The notes: generated by a model not told the origin, from the sequence alone. A DNA stretch of 64,000 nt from Gnetum montanum (GCA_015680685.1 MNCI01001065.1:428602-492601), one strand, 5' to 3'. Positions 35,087 through 49,100 are shown, counted from the first letter of the stretch. Numbers and translations: made by a program.

Positions 35087-38000
35087 CTTGGACTTCAAAC
35101 TAGAAATTACATGCAAGTGCAGGGAATAGCAAAACGATAGAAATTTCAAAAAGACATGTAAAAGATAGAGGATCAAAAAGATCACAAAATAGAGAAAACT
35201 TGAAATTTGAAAGCAAATTATACTAATCTAAACATGATTAAAATAACCATATAATCAAGAGAGAACTAAACATGGGCCACCCTTGCCACATCATCTTATT
35301 TAATTAAGCTCAAAACATATACTCTTTATAAATCATAACCTTTACTACATAGATACACATAGATATAATTAAAGAATATAATTAAGATCTCATTCCCAAT
35401 CTTTTCATAAGGTAAAAGTAAAAAGTATGTGGACTACTTTGAGCATGAGACTTACACTAAACTTAATGAAGAAGAACAGCTTATCTTAGATCATGGCTAG
35501 CCACAACTTTTAGAATTTTCCTTGGGACTATTTTTTTTTCACATTTAGAAAGGGAATGGGTAAAATGGGATTATTTTCTTTTCTCTTTTTTTTTCTTTAA
35601 ATCTTAGGGAAATAGGTTCAAAAGGGGAATGGAGGCTAGGGTGAGGATTGTTTCCAAGACCCATCACACTCAAGAACTTATTACACTGCCAATGAACATG
35701 GTCCTCATTCCATTTCTTTTGTCTCTCTTTTTTTCTTGAGGAAACTTTGCTCATGGTGTACTTCATTCTTAAGGTAGGAATTCCAACACAAGTTTGGCCG
35801 ATTAGGTGCACTGCCAAAAAACATAATCCTTTCGAAACTTTGTCCATGATCCAGTTCAACCCTTGTGCATGTGCCTTTTAATTACAATCTAGATGGCATC
35901 ATAGTAGGTCTCTTAGGTGGCTAAGGGTTCTCAAGTGGAGATGAACACACTTCATGCTATTATTCATAGAATAGCCATGGATCATCACACTTGAGGGCTG
36001 GGGCTTATGAGAGGGAAAACGACATTTTTCAAGGTCACCTAGTGATTTTGGATAACCATTCTCCAACTTCACATATCCTACACTCACATGATCATGATGA
36101 TTACATGATAAGCTAGTATAAATCCCATCCTTCATAATCCAGCATAACTAATAAAACTAAAACCTTGAGATAGACTAGGAAAAATCATAGCATTATTGAA
36201 ATGTATCATATAAAAGAGATTTTATATAATAGTAATAGGATATATCATATAAAGCATTATACTTGCATTATTTTCCAATGGTGTTATGATGACCCAATGC
36301 CTAGTAACTCAAATTACCATAATGATTACTAAAATCATATAAAAAGCACAAATCAAACCAAAGCCATTATGCTAAAAAAGAAATGATGGAAATGCAAAGA
36401 AAAAGTGCAAATGCAACTATATACAAATGAAATGCATGGTAGAGGGGAAGAAAACATGCAACTAAGGATCTAGTAGATGTCCACGTGGGGCACCTGAGTA
36501 GAAATGCTTTAAAATTTCTATGTAACTTATATCATTGCAAATTAACAATTTTGTAAATATTGGGGCTAATGACATCTATAACTTGGAATGGACCTAACCA
36601 CATAGGAGAAAACCTACTTTAAGGACCTATTTGATTAGACACTTTATCTCTTTTTAGGACTAGATCTCCTATTTTAAAGACTTTACTTACATATTTCTTG
36701 TCAAACCATCTTTTAACGATTTCTAATGATTGAGATTACAAAAATCAATACATAATCGTAATTCACCTATTTGTTTTCTATCAAGCACTAAACTTGATGT
36801 CCAACCTGAATGTTTCATAAGATGAATAATTTTTTATTCTCAAAGTTCATCAAGCTCTTCTTTCATCCAAGTTTCAATCTTAGGTTTAACAGGTCTAACT
36901 TTTTGTAAGTCATTGAATACAACTTCTCTAGTTGCTATTTTAGGATAGATCTTATTTGAAAAATATGATGTCCTCTTATATAACTTCTACATTAATTTGA
37001 GAAACTTTAAAACATTAATCACTAAATTTACCCTTGGACAATAAAAATTCATAAATATAATCCTCATCATCAAACTTGAAAAGAAAAGATATTATCTAGA
37101 ATATGAGTTAACCTTTTCAATAATTCTTTCCAAATCCCAAGAATTGTGTCTAAAAGGGACATCTAAAGTGGCCATTTGAACTAATGCATCAGGAACATAA
37201 TTTTCTTTTCTAGGGACATCTTCAATGGATATGTCATCAAAATTTGGCACACCTTCTAATGTTTTAATGGTTAGGATCTCATTTATATGCTGGTCCTCTC
37301 CTAATGGGGGTGAGTCATCCAAAATAAATTTTTTTATCATGTTGATGATAAGGCAAGGTATCCTCATCGATTTCCTCACATTCACTAGAAGTGAAAGGAT
37401 TTATTTCTGAACTTTCACTCTCATGGTCATTTACAACATGTCCGCCAAGGCTAGCTTCAATAACTCCAATATAAAGATTAGTATTTTGATCTTCCAAAGA
37501 TTGATTTTGTTGATCAAAAGTTATTACCAATTGCTTATAGACAGGCTCTCTTGGTATGATGACCATATATTTGGATTTTCCTTTAATAGGAATTAATAAT
37601 TCTAAGAAGTCTAACCTAAAGAAGCTCCCAAACTTGGCTCCAAAAGTCCTAGATAAAAGCACACCACAAGTGGATGACATACCAACTACTAAAATATTTG
37701 TATAGCATGTAAAAGTAGGGTATTGTTTAAGTTGTACTTTTACTCCCTTTAATGATCCTACCATAGGTACATTGGATCCATTAAATTGTATCATGCTTCT
37801 TAGTTATGGTAGCATCCATGCTCCTAATGTTTTATATACCTCAAGTGACATGACACTAATGGTTACTCCAGAATTCATTAAAAAATTATGAACATTCTTT
37901 TCTAGAATAATCAAAGTTGTCAGGAAAGGGGATTGTTCTTTCTTGTTTAACATGGAATTGCTTACGTTTTGTATTAATAATGCATTCAGAATTTCTACAA

Positions 38001-40289
38001 AATGAACTTGCCTTTGGGTCATTGGAAATTTTTCTTTATTGGTTTCAAATATATGAGCTATCTTTTGAATCACATCTTTCATTTCATTAAAATGTAGGTG
38101 GTCATACATTGAAATGTTGGCTTTAATGTTTTTCAAATCCTTAACTAGATCATAAGTCTTATGTTCATCCTTGGCTTCTTGTTGAGATGGGGCTCTTCTA
38201 GGCATGGAAGGGGAGTTCAGTCATTATGGGGCATTTGCTTGGGATGGCTTAGTTTGGTTGTTTGTGTTGTTTTGACTAGGAACTCTTCTATTTGGGGAAG
38301 TATAAGGATTATTCCTAGTTTGTTATTGTGTGGTGTTCATAATTTCACTAAGTCTACAATAGCGAGTGTTATGTGGGGTTGGGATCACTTACCATGACTT
38401 GCTCAAATGAAGAAACTTCCTCATTTTCTATTTTATGAGGTATGTTCAAGACCATAATTGGGATTTTCCTATTTTGTTGACTTTGGGCATTTTCATATTA
38501 GAATGCTAATAATTAAGGACAAGTTTTGTTAGAATGTTGCTTAGTGTTATGAAGATGACAATAATCATCATTTTTTAATGTACTTGGCTTTTCAGATTGT
38601 ATAGGAACCTTGTTATTTTGCTTTAGTTCAACTACTTCATTGAAAAGCTTTTGAAATAAAGTTAATATCTAGGTCACTTGATTTTGAGTTTGAGTTGTAG
38701 ATCCAATAGGATTGGATATCCCATTTAGATTTATAATGGATTGGATTAAGGCTTTCGATTGGTCATCATTCGAACTAATATTAGATGGTAAAAATGAAGA
38801 AGACATTGAACTTTGAAAATAGTTGTTTGAAGGTTGAGTCAGTTGAAGGGGGGAAGGAGCTCAAAACATAGTATTGGTCATTGGAAAAGTTGGTAAAGGT
38901 AGAGGACTAGATTGCATAGGGTTTCTAACACTCATAATGTCAAATTAGGTTTGAATGTTATTCATGAGGGTAATTTGTTTTAACTCAATAACTATAGCCA
39001 TTGTTCCTTGTATTTCTGTTATGTTGGAATCAAATTTAATTACATAGGCAAAGAATGGGTCAATGGTGGACAAGTAAAAATTAAGGCTGACACCAAGTTG
39101 TGGATGCATCTCACTTGGCACATAAGTAAGTTAAAGAAGGAATCTTAAGTTGTAGTCACAAACATTTTTCCTAGGTATTCTCCTTAAGCTTGTGAAATTG
39201 CTTAATGCTATGGTAGGGCTAGTGAACCTATCGAACTGAAGTAGGAACTTATTTTTAAATTCTTGTCATGAGTCGATAGAGGTAATTGGGAGCATCAAAA
39301 ACCATTGGGTGGCTTTGCTCTTGAAAGTTATCACAAATACCCTACATGCTATGTCATTTTGAACAACGTTATGGATGCCTAATAAGGTTTCAAAACATTG
39401 TATATGTTGTTGGGCATCATTAGTAGGGGTTGTGGAATCGAAGAATAAATTTATATTTTGGAGTGATTTTGGAATATCATGATAGTTGGTGAAGTTAAAG
39501 GAGTTGCTCACCAAGGGAACCAGGGGCTAATTGGCTACCATCCTAGTTCAAGTTCTTCTAGGGACAGAACTTGAAAATTGCGAAGTTCGTTGTTTTCGTA
39601 AAATGATGGGTAGTTGGTTGATTAGGGGCATGAGTAGAAGCTCTTTGTTGATATGTTTTATAGGAAGATTTGCTCATAAAATGAAAAATAATAGGAAATG
39701 TAAAATGTTAATAAATTATAAAAATTAAAGAAAATAGAAAAATATTTAAATGCTATATTTTTTTAATTTATTTTTAAAAGAAAAACTGAAATTGCAAATA
39801 AAATAGAAAATGTAGAATTTTAGCAAAGTAAATTAAAAGAAAAATGATGTAAATCACCTCACCAAAGTTGGAGTTGAGGTAAGGACCGCTAGAGTATAAA
39901 TTTGGAAATTTTAAAAAATAAAACTAAAATAGAATGATAAAATTGAAAATAGACGATTGTTAACTAGAACTGGTATCAGAAATGGGCCACTAAAGGTTTT
40001 AGGTAACTTGACTAAAAATTGAAATAGGAAAATAAACTAAATGTTTGAAACAAGAAAACAGGAACTAAAAATGGATGAATGTTAACAAGAACAAGCAATA
40101 AAAATTTTTAGAGACTGGAACAAGAATTTTTAGAATCTATAAATTGGTAACTAAGAATAGAAATAGAAATGAAAACAAAATAGCAAAAACAGAAATAGAT
40201 AGTGTAAATCAACGAGAAAGAATAAAAAATAATAATATTTAAAGAGAAAATAGTGGTTAGAAAACACCCTTCTTTTACCACCAAAAAGG

Positions 40290-42410
40290 TGTTGATGCAT
40301 AAATTTTGGATACATCAACACCCAGAAAAACTCGTTTAAGGATACTATTGCTTAGGGCACCTCTTGTATGGGTACGAAAACTTGAGAATAGTCTCAGTTG
40401 AAAGGGCAATGTGGTGTTTAATAAAACATAACGTTCAATATGCCAATAAATGAAATGATTTTAATATGTAACTGAAAATAGCAGTCCAAACAACTTTAAT
40501 ACGAAAATAAATGTTCATTTTAAAATGTTAACAAGGGCACTCTTGCATTAATGAAATGGGGGAAGAAAAGCATGGAATAACTCACACAAAGAACAAGCAA
40601 AGTCCAGACAACTTTAATAAGGAAATAAATGTTCATTTTAAAATGTTAACAAGGGCACTCTTGCATTAATGAAATGGGGGAAGAAAAGCATGGAATAACT
40701 CACACAAAAAACAAGCAAAGTTTTTAAAAGAAATACAAGCCCTATGCAACAAAAACCACAATTCAGTTACAAAAATTTTAAAAGTAACAGAATGAAACGA
40801 TAACTTAGCTTAAAAACAAGCACAGACCAAACGACTTTTGGTGGCTCTAGTTGAGCTAAGGCTGCCACCATTGATTGTAGATGCACATCGTAGATGCACA
40901 TCGCCACTATTGTTGACTAACAGTTGACCATTAACCGTTATTGTTCACACTGCGCACTACCACACAGGCCCTCAGTTATGACATTGCTATTGCCAGCCCT
41001 GCTAATGCACCTACCACCACTGTTGCCTCCGCCACTCCCTATTGCAAACACATGCAACTATTGTTGCTAATTGTTGCCACTGCTAGTAGAAAACCCTTGA
41101 CCACTACAAGAACACACTACCTCACTACAAGAACACACTACCTCACTGCTTGCTAACACACGCGCATGCTACAAAGATTGGGAGCTATCATGAATGCTAC
41201 CACCTACAACACCTCCACATGCTCTATCTTTGCCGTCATTGGCATTTGCTATGTCTACCACTTGTCGTTGTTTGCACCTGCCGTCTAACGTTGCATGCTA
41301 ACTACTCCCAGCATGTTGCTCATTGTTACTAATGTCACCGTGTTGACCCCTGTTGACTGCTACCATTGACCATGGTTTCAACGTTGCACACCACTCTAGA
41401 AAGAGGAAGACCTCCTAACTCCAATTCCCGCTAACCACCACATGCACACTACTACCCATCGACCTATGCACAACTACCGTGGGTAAGATCTTGTACGATC
41501 GCCTACTGTCCACTACCACGTGCTCTGCTTGCCAATGCATGATGTTGACTCTCGTCGCTTACTGTCTACCACCTATCGTGGAAGATAAAGATCTCCTGCC
41601 ACCCTTTATCATTGCGCTGCTTATTGCTGGCCATTCTTGTCGACATCACCACTACCGCTATAGCCACTAGAAGAGAAGCTATCGTAGATGCTGCCAGCAT
41701 TGACGTCATCCTCTGTAGTTGTCATACATGGTTGCTATCTTCCACCAGTTGGTCCCCCTTGATCGCGAGCTGTAGCTCCCATCACATGCCTACACTGTCT
41801 ACCGGTTGACTGCTGCCGCCCGCTGCTAACCAAATAGTTGATGCGCCCCTGCAATGTTACCATGCACCACCAAGAGAGAGGGAGGGAGAGAGAGCATGCC
41901 CATCGACTCACAGAGGCTCTCCACCTCGCTGATCTATATGCCCTTTCTAGAGAGAGACCCTTTCCCTTTCCCTTTTATAGGCCACTCCTGTCCCCCTTGA
42001 ATGCCCACATCTGCCACTAACCTTGGTTACGTCCACCATCATCAATTACGTCCACCTCTACCACTACTGCATTTGTAATCGCTCACCTCTGCCACCACCA
42101 AGCGTAATGTTTGTCATCAATCAGCGTAACATCCACTTAGACACATTTCTGGGTGAGCATACTTTGCATTTGATTTTTAACAAATAGAGACATTATTCTC
42201 ATGAACCCTAACAACTCCATCCTGGATATCTCTTTTCCTCTATAAACTCTTTAGGCAGATTGGTTTCTTGCATTCCAATATTTGGTCTCAAGATTTGAAG
42301 GTTCTTACCATTTAAAGACAAGGACCTTAATGCTAATCCAATCTTTACCCTAGTAATTACACTAATAAATCATAGCTCCGTGCCTAACATGGGCAATGTT
42401 GGCTTCAACA
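40290..42410 (-). repeat. Tat-like element 5' LTR
   Basis: TG...CA; contains a 118-bp tandem duplication (units start at 40483 and 40601). Confidence 0.88.
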
Positions 42411-42474
42411 GTTATAAGTTCAAATGATGTAACATGGGCAATGTTGGCTTCAACAGTTATAAGTTCAAATGATG
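42385..42474. repeat. Exact 45-bp tandem duplication spanning the LTR end and flank
   Basis: TAACATGGGCAATGTTGGCTTCAACAGTTATAAGTTCAAATGATG at 42385-42429 and again at 42430-42474. Confidence 0.95.
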
Positions 42475-43713
42475 CTGTTGCTGCTCTGCATGCAATGCTG
42501 CTAAAATCAACATCGACCTGTGTTTTGGATGGTCAATTTTCAGCATTCCATCTTCACAGCCTATGAAATCGCCAGACATTGTGCGTGACCACAACATCGT
42601 AACTTCAAAAATCATCCCAAAATGTTTCAATTACTCTACTACTTCCAGATGCACCACTTCTGATTTCGAAATCTCATCTTATAGTTACTGCACATGGTAT
42701 TTTGCTTTTAATCATTTCCAAACTCTAAATTTGAAAAACCGACCTCGAATCCATGTTAAGGATACGAGCACATTTGCAGTGTTTTCAGGCTTTACGTGCA
42801 GAACTTTTGCTGCCGTTTGCAGGCTATTTTCTTTTTATTCCGACAAATAAATCAGTGGGTTCAAATTTTTGTGTCTGAGAAAAGGCAACGCCAAGAGAGC
42901 ATATAGAGCAGATTCGACTGCAAAAGTTCTCCATTGGAGCAGAGGTCCGGAACCCTCTTAACTGTAGACCTTCACCGTGCCGTCCGCCATCTTTCAGTTG
43001 AACTTTACAGGAAGAATGCCCATTTTCTCATGGAGCTCATCCTGATTGTAACTTTTCTCTGGCACTCATCAATTTGTTTTAATTTCATTTTACTTTGATT
43101 CTCTATATTCGTTTTCTTCCTGATGAAATTGGGTTCATTTGCAGAAATAAATAAATCCCAGAACCCTGGGGATAATGAATACCCAGCAGGGTTTGTTCCA
43201 TCTCTGGAGCTGGTGATGACCAGCAAAGACATAGCTGGTACTGGAGCCTCTGCAACTCTGCTCGTATTTAACAATGAGAATGGCTTCTCACCCGCAAACA
43301 TCGAATCCCTCTGCAGTGTTGGTCGTTCCACCAAGAAAAACAACAGATACAAGGGTTACATTGGTGAAAAAGTTATGATTAAATACTAAACAGCAATATA
43401 TAATTACATATCTTGTCTGATCGAATAGAGACCTGTTTTTTTCTTTCTTTTTTAAATTTAATACTTTAGTTCAAAACATCATTAAGAAAATTACATCATT
43501 CTTTTTAAGACCTGTTATATTTTTATGCATTTAGGATTTCTGCTTCTGCAGGTATTGGCTTTAAGAGCGTGTTCTTGGTATCCAAACAGCCATTTGTATT
43601 CAACAGTGGCTACAGTATCAGGTTCAACGAGAGACCTTACTGGGCATTGATATTGGGTACATTGTTCCGGAATGGGTTGCAGGAAAACCCACATTGCAGG
43701 AGATTCATGGTTT

Positions 43714-44794
43714 TGTAAAACTAACTACAACCCATGGTTTGATGGTTTCTTGTTTTGTCCATGACACTTTTATATAAAGGGCTTAAGGCCCTTGTTTATA
43801 ACAAGCAAGTCAGAAAACAAAGAAGCAAGGAAGTCATAAAGGCTAGTGAGAGAAGTGTGGGTTAACTGTCATTGTGAGTTACAACTAATCCTATCTTGTG
43901 AGACTATTCTAAATCCTAACAGTTTGTATAACACATTGTATGTGCATATTATTTTTATCATATCCATGGTTTATGAGGCACTTTGTATAAGCATACTTTT
44001 TGTATCCATACTTTGGTAAATCTAACAATAGCTCCCATGATTTCATAGCTCTTTGTATTGTTCATGACACTTCTAGGCTTAAAGGCCCTTGTTTGTAACA
44101 AGCAAGTTAGAAAGCAAAGAAGCAAGGAAGCCATAAGAGGTAGTGAGAGAAATGTGAGTTGAGTGTGATTGTGAGCTAGAAGCAATTTGTGGGTGAGGAT
44201 TTTCCTCTTATAATTGTTCCTTCAATTTTGTAGAAGAATTCAAGCTTCTTCTTTGCTTGTGGATGTAGGCTATAAGCTAAACCATGTAAGTCTTGGCATC
44301 TTGCTTCATTTTTTATTACGTGATGTTTATAATCTCTAAAATGATTTTCTAATCCTGTCTTGTAGCATTGTACTAAAATTAACAAGTGGTATCCCACATG
44401 ATAGGATTAGCATTTTAGAGATTAGAAACATTAACATAATAGAAAATGATGCAAGAGACCAAAACTTATGTGGTTCAACTTATAGTTTACATCCACATGC
44501 AAAGAAGTTTGAATTCTTCTACAAAATAGAGAGACAATTTCAAGAGGAAAATCTTTACCCTTATGGCTCACAACCACATTCAACTCACACTTTTCTCACT
44601 AACCTTTATAATTTTCTTACTTGCTTTTTAACTTTTTAACTTGTCCTTATTAACAAGGGCCTTAAACCCCTTAGTGTCACGGACAATACAAAGAGCCATG
44701 AAACAATGTGGCTGTTGTTGGATTTACCAAATTATATAGATACAAACAGTATGATTATAGAAGGTGCATCATAAACCATGGATAAAAACATGCA
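43714..44794. mobile_element. Cluster of three related copia-type LTRs: short + copy (43714-43933), + copy with PBS (43937-44393), inverted copy (~44399-44794)
   Basis: Shared blocks such as CATGACACT...GGCCCTTGTT and the copia U5 motif GTGGATGTAGGC. ...TTAACA AG TGGTATC (tRNA-Met PBS) at 44387-44393. 44400-44784 is the reverse-complement homologue of 43961-44360. Confidence 0.8.
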
Positions 44795-46071
44795 ATGTGT
44801 CACACAAACCATGGAGGCAAACAAAAGGACACCAAAGTCAAGACATATCTAACATGTTTCCTTGCAGATCATTTTTGAATTTTCTTAGAGACGAGAACAG
44901 TTCCGTTATTCAAATACTATGCATGGACATGTTCTGTGGATCTGCTCTCAGCTTCTTCTTCAACCATTAAAATCTATTTATCTTCAGCTGCCAAGACTGC
45001 GACGTGGCTGCTACCAAGACTGCGACGTGGTTGAGATTCCTTAAGAAATGGAGCAAAGAGTTTAGCAGCCTAGTTTGTTGGAAATTACTGCCACGAGGGA
45101 CCAATAATTGTATCAAGGCCATGGAGATCAAAGAAAAGACAATCCTCAAGGGATGGTTAGCAAGAGAAGCTAACATCACTGAACTTTCTGTGATAGATTT
45201 TGCTGATGAATTAGTTGCAAGGGTTGAAACATGCAAGAATCCTAGGGATATTATACATGTTTCCCAGTTTCTGTATTTTGCATACCAGGAGAGGCATCTG
45301 AACAGGAAAGCAGTACGAGGATTTTGGGAAAATCAACCCGTGGTTCTTGTTTCAGGATCTATAGACAGAATCAAGCATGATATATTATGGTGCCACCCAG
45401 ATCTGTAAGTAAGCCTGGAAGATTTCTGGATAAAGATTTACGGTGGCCTCCAAATTCCTTCCCTGAGTTATCCCAAGCTTACCTTGACATGCCTGCCTGT
45501 GCTAGGAGCAGTGTAAAAGTTCACGTTTCTCTAAGGATTTGATTGGTTTACAAGATATTCCTGATTTGGTTCCTCCCTGCCGTCCACTGCAAGGCTTAGA
45601 TGGCTTGGAAATTTCAGCAGAGGGCTGTTTTGCTCTTGCAGTGGATTCAAACCTGTGCACTAAAATCTGGAAATAATATCCCTGAACTTTTTAAGAAAAG
45701 CATTGCAGAGGCCAGATGCCTCAAGCCCCACTGAGGATTTCGGTCTCCTGAGAATTGTTTGCTGTTTGATTCCCAGTGGTGCTCAGTAGGATTCAGTTGC
45801 AGTGATCTCAATTTTGTTGATTCGTCGTTTTATGGGGAAGAAGAACTGAAGGAACTCAAGCAGACTTTGCAACAGTTTGGAGTAGGAGTAGAGTTTGACC
45901 AAGAATGCTGCCCCATTGTAGCCAGGCAGCTTCAGCAAGAAAATACCTATTTTTCCTCTTCCGCTGTAATAAAAAAGATGATAAGATGAAGGTATGGATC
46001 CCAGACCAGAGTCAATGGCTGGATCATGATGAAAATGATCCGTTCAAAGGAAGATTATTACATGTGTCTCG

Positions 46072-46163
46072 AACACCAAAATTGCAAGATTATTGCAGTC
46101 TTTGGAGGCATTGGTCNAAACACCAAAATTGCAAGATTATTGCAGTCTTTGGAGGCATTGGTC
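46072..46163. other. Assembly gap (N at 46117) with duplicated overlap
   Basis: The same ~45-bp sequence lies on both sides of a single N. Confidence 0.85.
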
Positions 46164-49100
46164 TGTCAATAATTTCAAGTGGCTGCTTCGGAGTGCTGTT
46201 CAATCTGGAAGCAGGTATTGAAGCACTGGAGCCCATCATCTCGAATACAAATCACAATGTGGCTTCGATGTGAAAATGAAGATGGATATGGTGCTATACG
46301 CCAAAGATTCACGATTTCACATAAATTTTAACGTAACTGTTTGCGTTGGATTCGGAGCGGGTACAGAAGCACATTAAATACACAGCAGGTACGTATTTCA
46401 TAATTTCCAAAGAAATTTTGTCTGGACCTGTATGCCTCCATTGAAATGATCCCTTGCCTGATCCCTTGCCTTGTTCTGGATGTCTGCATTGTGCATTAAA
46501 ATCTTACTTAGCTTCTTCTGCTCTGAATCTTACCTGAAATTTCATTTCATTGTTAAGTGGCCAGCGTAACACAGACCACAGAAAACAAGGGAGTACGAAT
46601 GAAAAAACAAACACACAGAAATCACGAGAGGCTCCAAGTTTGGGTCATACGGAAATCAAGATTGAGACGGGGCGTGCGAGGTAAACATTGCATTTGAATG
46701 GATTGGCCTTTGGGAGTGGCAAAGGTTCCGCCATGACTCACATTCACGCGTGTTTATTGGTCATTGCTGGTTTTTGCTCTTTTTCTCATCTGGGCTGATA
46801 AAAGAAAAAACAAAACAGGGTCATCTACATGGGTCATGAGTCATGAACGGTTGTTCAACTTTTTTTTAAAATCTGTTTACCTATGATCCAATGAGGCCCA
46901 CAATCACATGGCCAATGGCCATATGCAAGCTTATTTCCCCTTCAAATGTTTTTCATCACATGGTAAGTGAGGTGAAAACATGGTAAGTGAGGTGAGTTAC
47001 TGGGCTGTGGCTAGTTTAGTTTAGTTAAGTTGTGTCTTCTTATAATGTGGTCATCTTCAACATGGTCCTATGGTGCTACTCATAGGTCATGGTTGAACAA
47101 AAGTATTAGCAAACATAATTTGTTATAAATTTGGTTGATGCTTGATGCTTAATTTTATTTTTGAAAAGATTGTATTGAGTAACAAAAGGGTTTCATTTTA
47201 TTGTTGTCATTTTGGTTGTTGCAGAAATTATGTTTGGCCAGATTATGGCTTTTGAGTAAGGAAATGAATTTGATGCCCTCCATACCCTTGCAAATTTTCT
47301 TGCTTCAATTTAATGGTGATACTGCAATCTTCTGTGCAATTTTTAAGCATTAACAATATTTTGTATTTACATTGTACTTGTTCTATATTCTACAATGTTT
47401 TTTTATGATATATGAGATGTAATTTTTTTAAAAAACTAATATATTTAAATTTTCTTTATCATGTCCCTGGCTAAGAACCCTTCCCCACTTTTTCTTAAGC
47501 CACATGTACCCAAACACATTTAGAATCACGAATCCTCGATTCCTCGCTTCCACTTTTGATGCATAGATATGGTATGGTGTTAAGCTTTCTAGCATTGCCA
47601 AAGATGGTGGGATAGAGCTATATTGAAGGCTACTCAGGTTTTTGTTCCCATGATCTGCATTTAAAGCAGCTCTTCAGCACCTCAGCTTCTGCAGCCAAAA
47701 AGGTTAGATTTACATGGAAACCCAACAAAAATGATGAAGTCCCAGCTGATTTGCTTGCTCAAATTTTTCTATATTTTGGAGCTCGGAAGCTTTCTGCAGC
47801 TACCAAACGAGTCCAAAATGAGTCATGTTTGAAGAATGTTGTAATGGCAAAGAAGGGAATGTTGAATATGGGATTGTACAGGTTCTTCCTTGCAGTTCTT
47901 GCAGGAATATCAGCTCACGGCGACATGCAATCTTAAGAAATTTTAGGGATTTCACAGTTTGCCAAACAGAGCAGCCATTCATGGTTAATTACCACATTTC
48001 GGTTCCAGTCGATGATGATGAAGATGAAGCAGAGGGTGAAAGTCCAGGTGAAGAAGCATTTGATATTCGAGAATGACAACAAACAAATCGTGTTCTACAG
48101 AAGACCTCCTGAAGATGCAGAACCTAAAAAAAATTCAACAGCAGCAATGCTGTCTTGCAAATGAGTTTGCTGAAATGATCATTTCATCCAAAATTTTGTC
48201 CGGCCTTGCACGAAATCTTGTATGCAAATTAGGAGATCTTCTTGAATTGGGAGGTTTCATGGGATTCAGAGATGAGGCTGTGGATATGCTGCTCAGGCTT
48301 AGGAACCTTGAAATTGTCCAAGAAGATAAACAGTGTCTGCAATCCTTGTATGATACCCAGTACAGAGCAGATTTCTGGGAAACGGCAGCAGTTGGGTGGG
48401 AGGAAATGTATTCGAAGTTGAAAGCCATGCCCGCTGCAAGAAATTAACCTGACTTTGAAGGCAATAAATCTCTGAATAAACTTGCAGCATCCCTTCCATA
48501 ACTGGGATCCAATGATGATTTAGAGCAGATAGGATCCTCCGTTTTCTTGCTGTTGCATGTTTCTAAATTACTGAAAATGTTCCAAATCTGGCGTCAACGA
48601 TGCAGTAAGTTTTTGAATTGGTCGAGGAATGCATCAGCAAACCACCTTTGACTTCACAACTGGGGATACTAACTGGCACAATTACAGAAACAAGCGAGAT
48701 AAAATCCAGTAGATCAATGGATGATGGTGATCCCTGAAAGCTGTTGCAGGTGCTTTATTTCTGGCCTCTTTTTCATCTGAAACCAGCAGGTGAGGATGCA
48801 TTCTCTTTACCGATGGATTAAATCCATTCTATTTTTACCAGAATAAAGGGTTGGAAAAAGCAGCAGAAATTAAACTTCAAGCTGCAGGAAAAGCTGCGTT
48901 ACCTTCTTCTGGATCTGAATAAATCATCATGTTCCATAATATAGATGGTTTAAACTGCAGTTTTCTCCATGGTGCTTGTTTCCCGAAAATCAAAGTAAAT
49001 TAAGTTTTCGGAGAACTTCCGTAAGATGAGTGAAAATAAAACCAAAGCTGCTAAATGTACACCGGCATTTTATATTTTCTAATAACTGATTTTTGCGAGG

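Larger units (their letters stand above)
33632..42410 (-). mobile_element. Non-autonomous Tat-like Ty3/gypsy element (gag, protease, aRH fragment, GPF tail; no RT or integrase core)
   Basis: LTRs 33632-35086 and 40290-42410 (TGTTGA...TCAACA). Flanks ACTAT/GTTAT (degenerate TSD). PBS-like TGGTGGTAAAAGAAGGG at ~40267-40283. gag 39266..39514; protease VHNFLMNSG and GVLLSR; VPRKENYVPDAL (aRH end); IGDLVL...WLGPFQV ~36590-36670. Confidence 0.85.
42882..48447 (+). pseudogene. At3g48770-like sacsin/NO VEIN-type GHKL (HATPase) ATP/DNA-binding protein pseudogene
   Basis: Exon 1 (K)ATPREHIEQIRLQKFSIGAEVRNPL/TVDLHRAVRHLSVELYRKNAHFLMELI, with AAG in place of ATG, a +1 frameshift and a lost donor. Exon 2 (43162-43372) NPGDNEY...LLVFNNENGFS..NIESLCSVGRSTKK..GYIGEK. 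Exon 3 from 43552 GIGFKSVF...GYIVPEWV. Later fragments CLLFDSQW..DLNFVD..YG, PKLQDYCSLW, HDLHLKQLF and C-terminal EAVDMLL..RNLEIVQEDKQCL. Confidence 0.85.

Noticed and set aside
39971-39980. TGGTATCAGA within the Tat-like leader
   Set aside because: Wrong strand for the element and not adjacent to an LTR.
40941-42020. Cluster of short + strand ORFs
   Set aside because: They lie in a low-complexity LTR and are not conserved in the partner LTR.
46072-46163. Tandem repeat inside the ATPase pseudogene
   Set aside because: It flanks an N, so most likely a contig-overlap artefact.
46560-47560. Possible hAT or MITE insertion in the pseudogene
   Set aside because: No matching terminal inverted repeats or TSD could be identified. 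It may simply be intronic.
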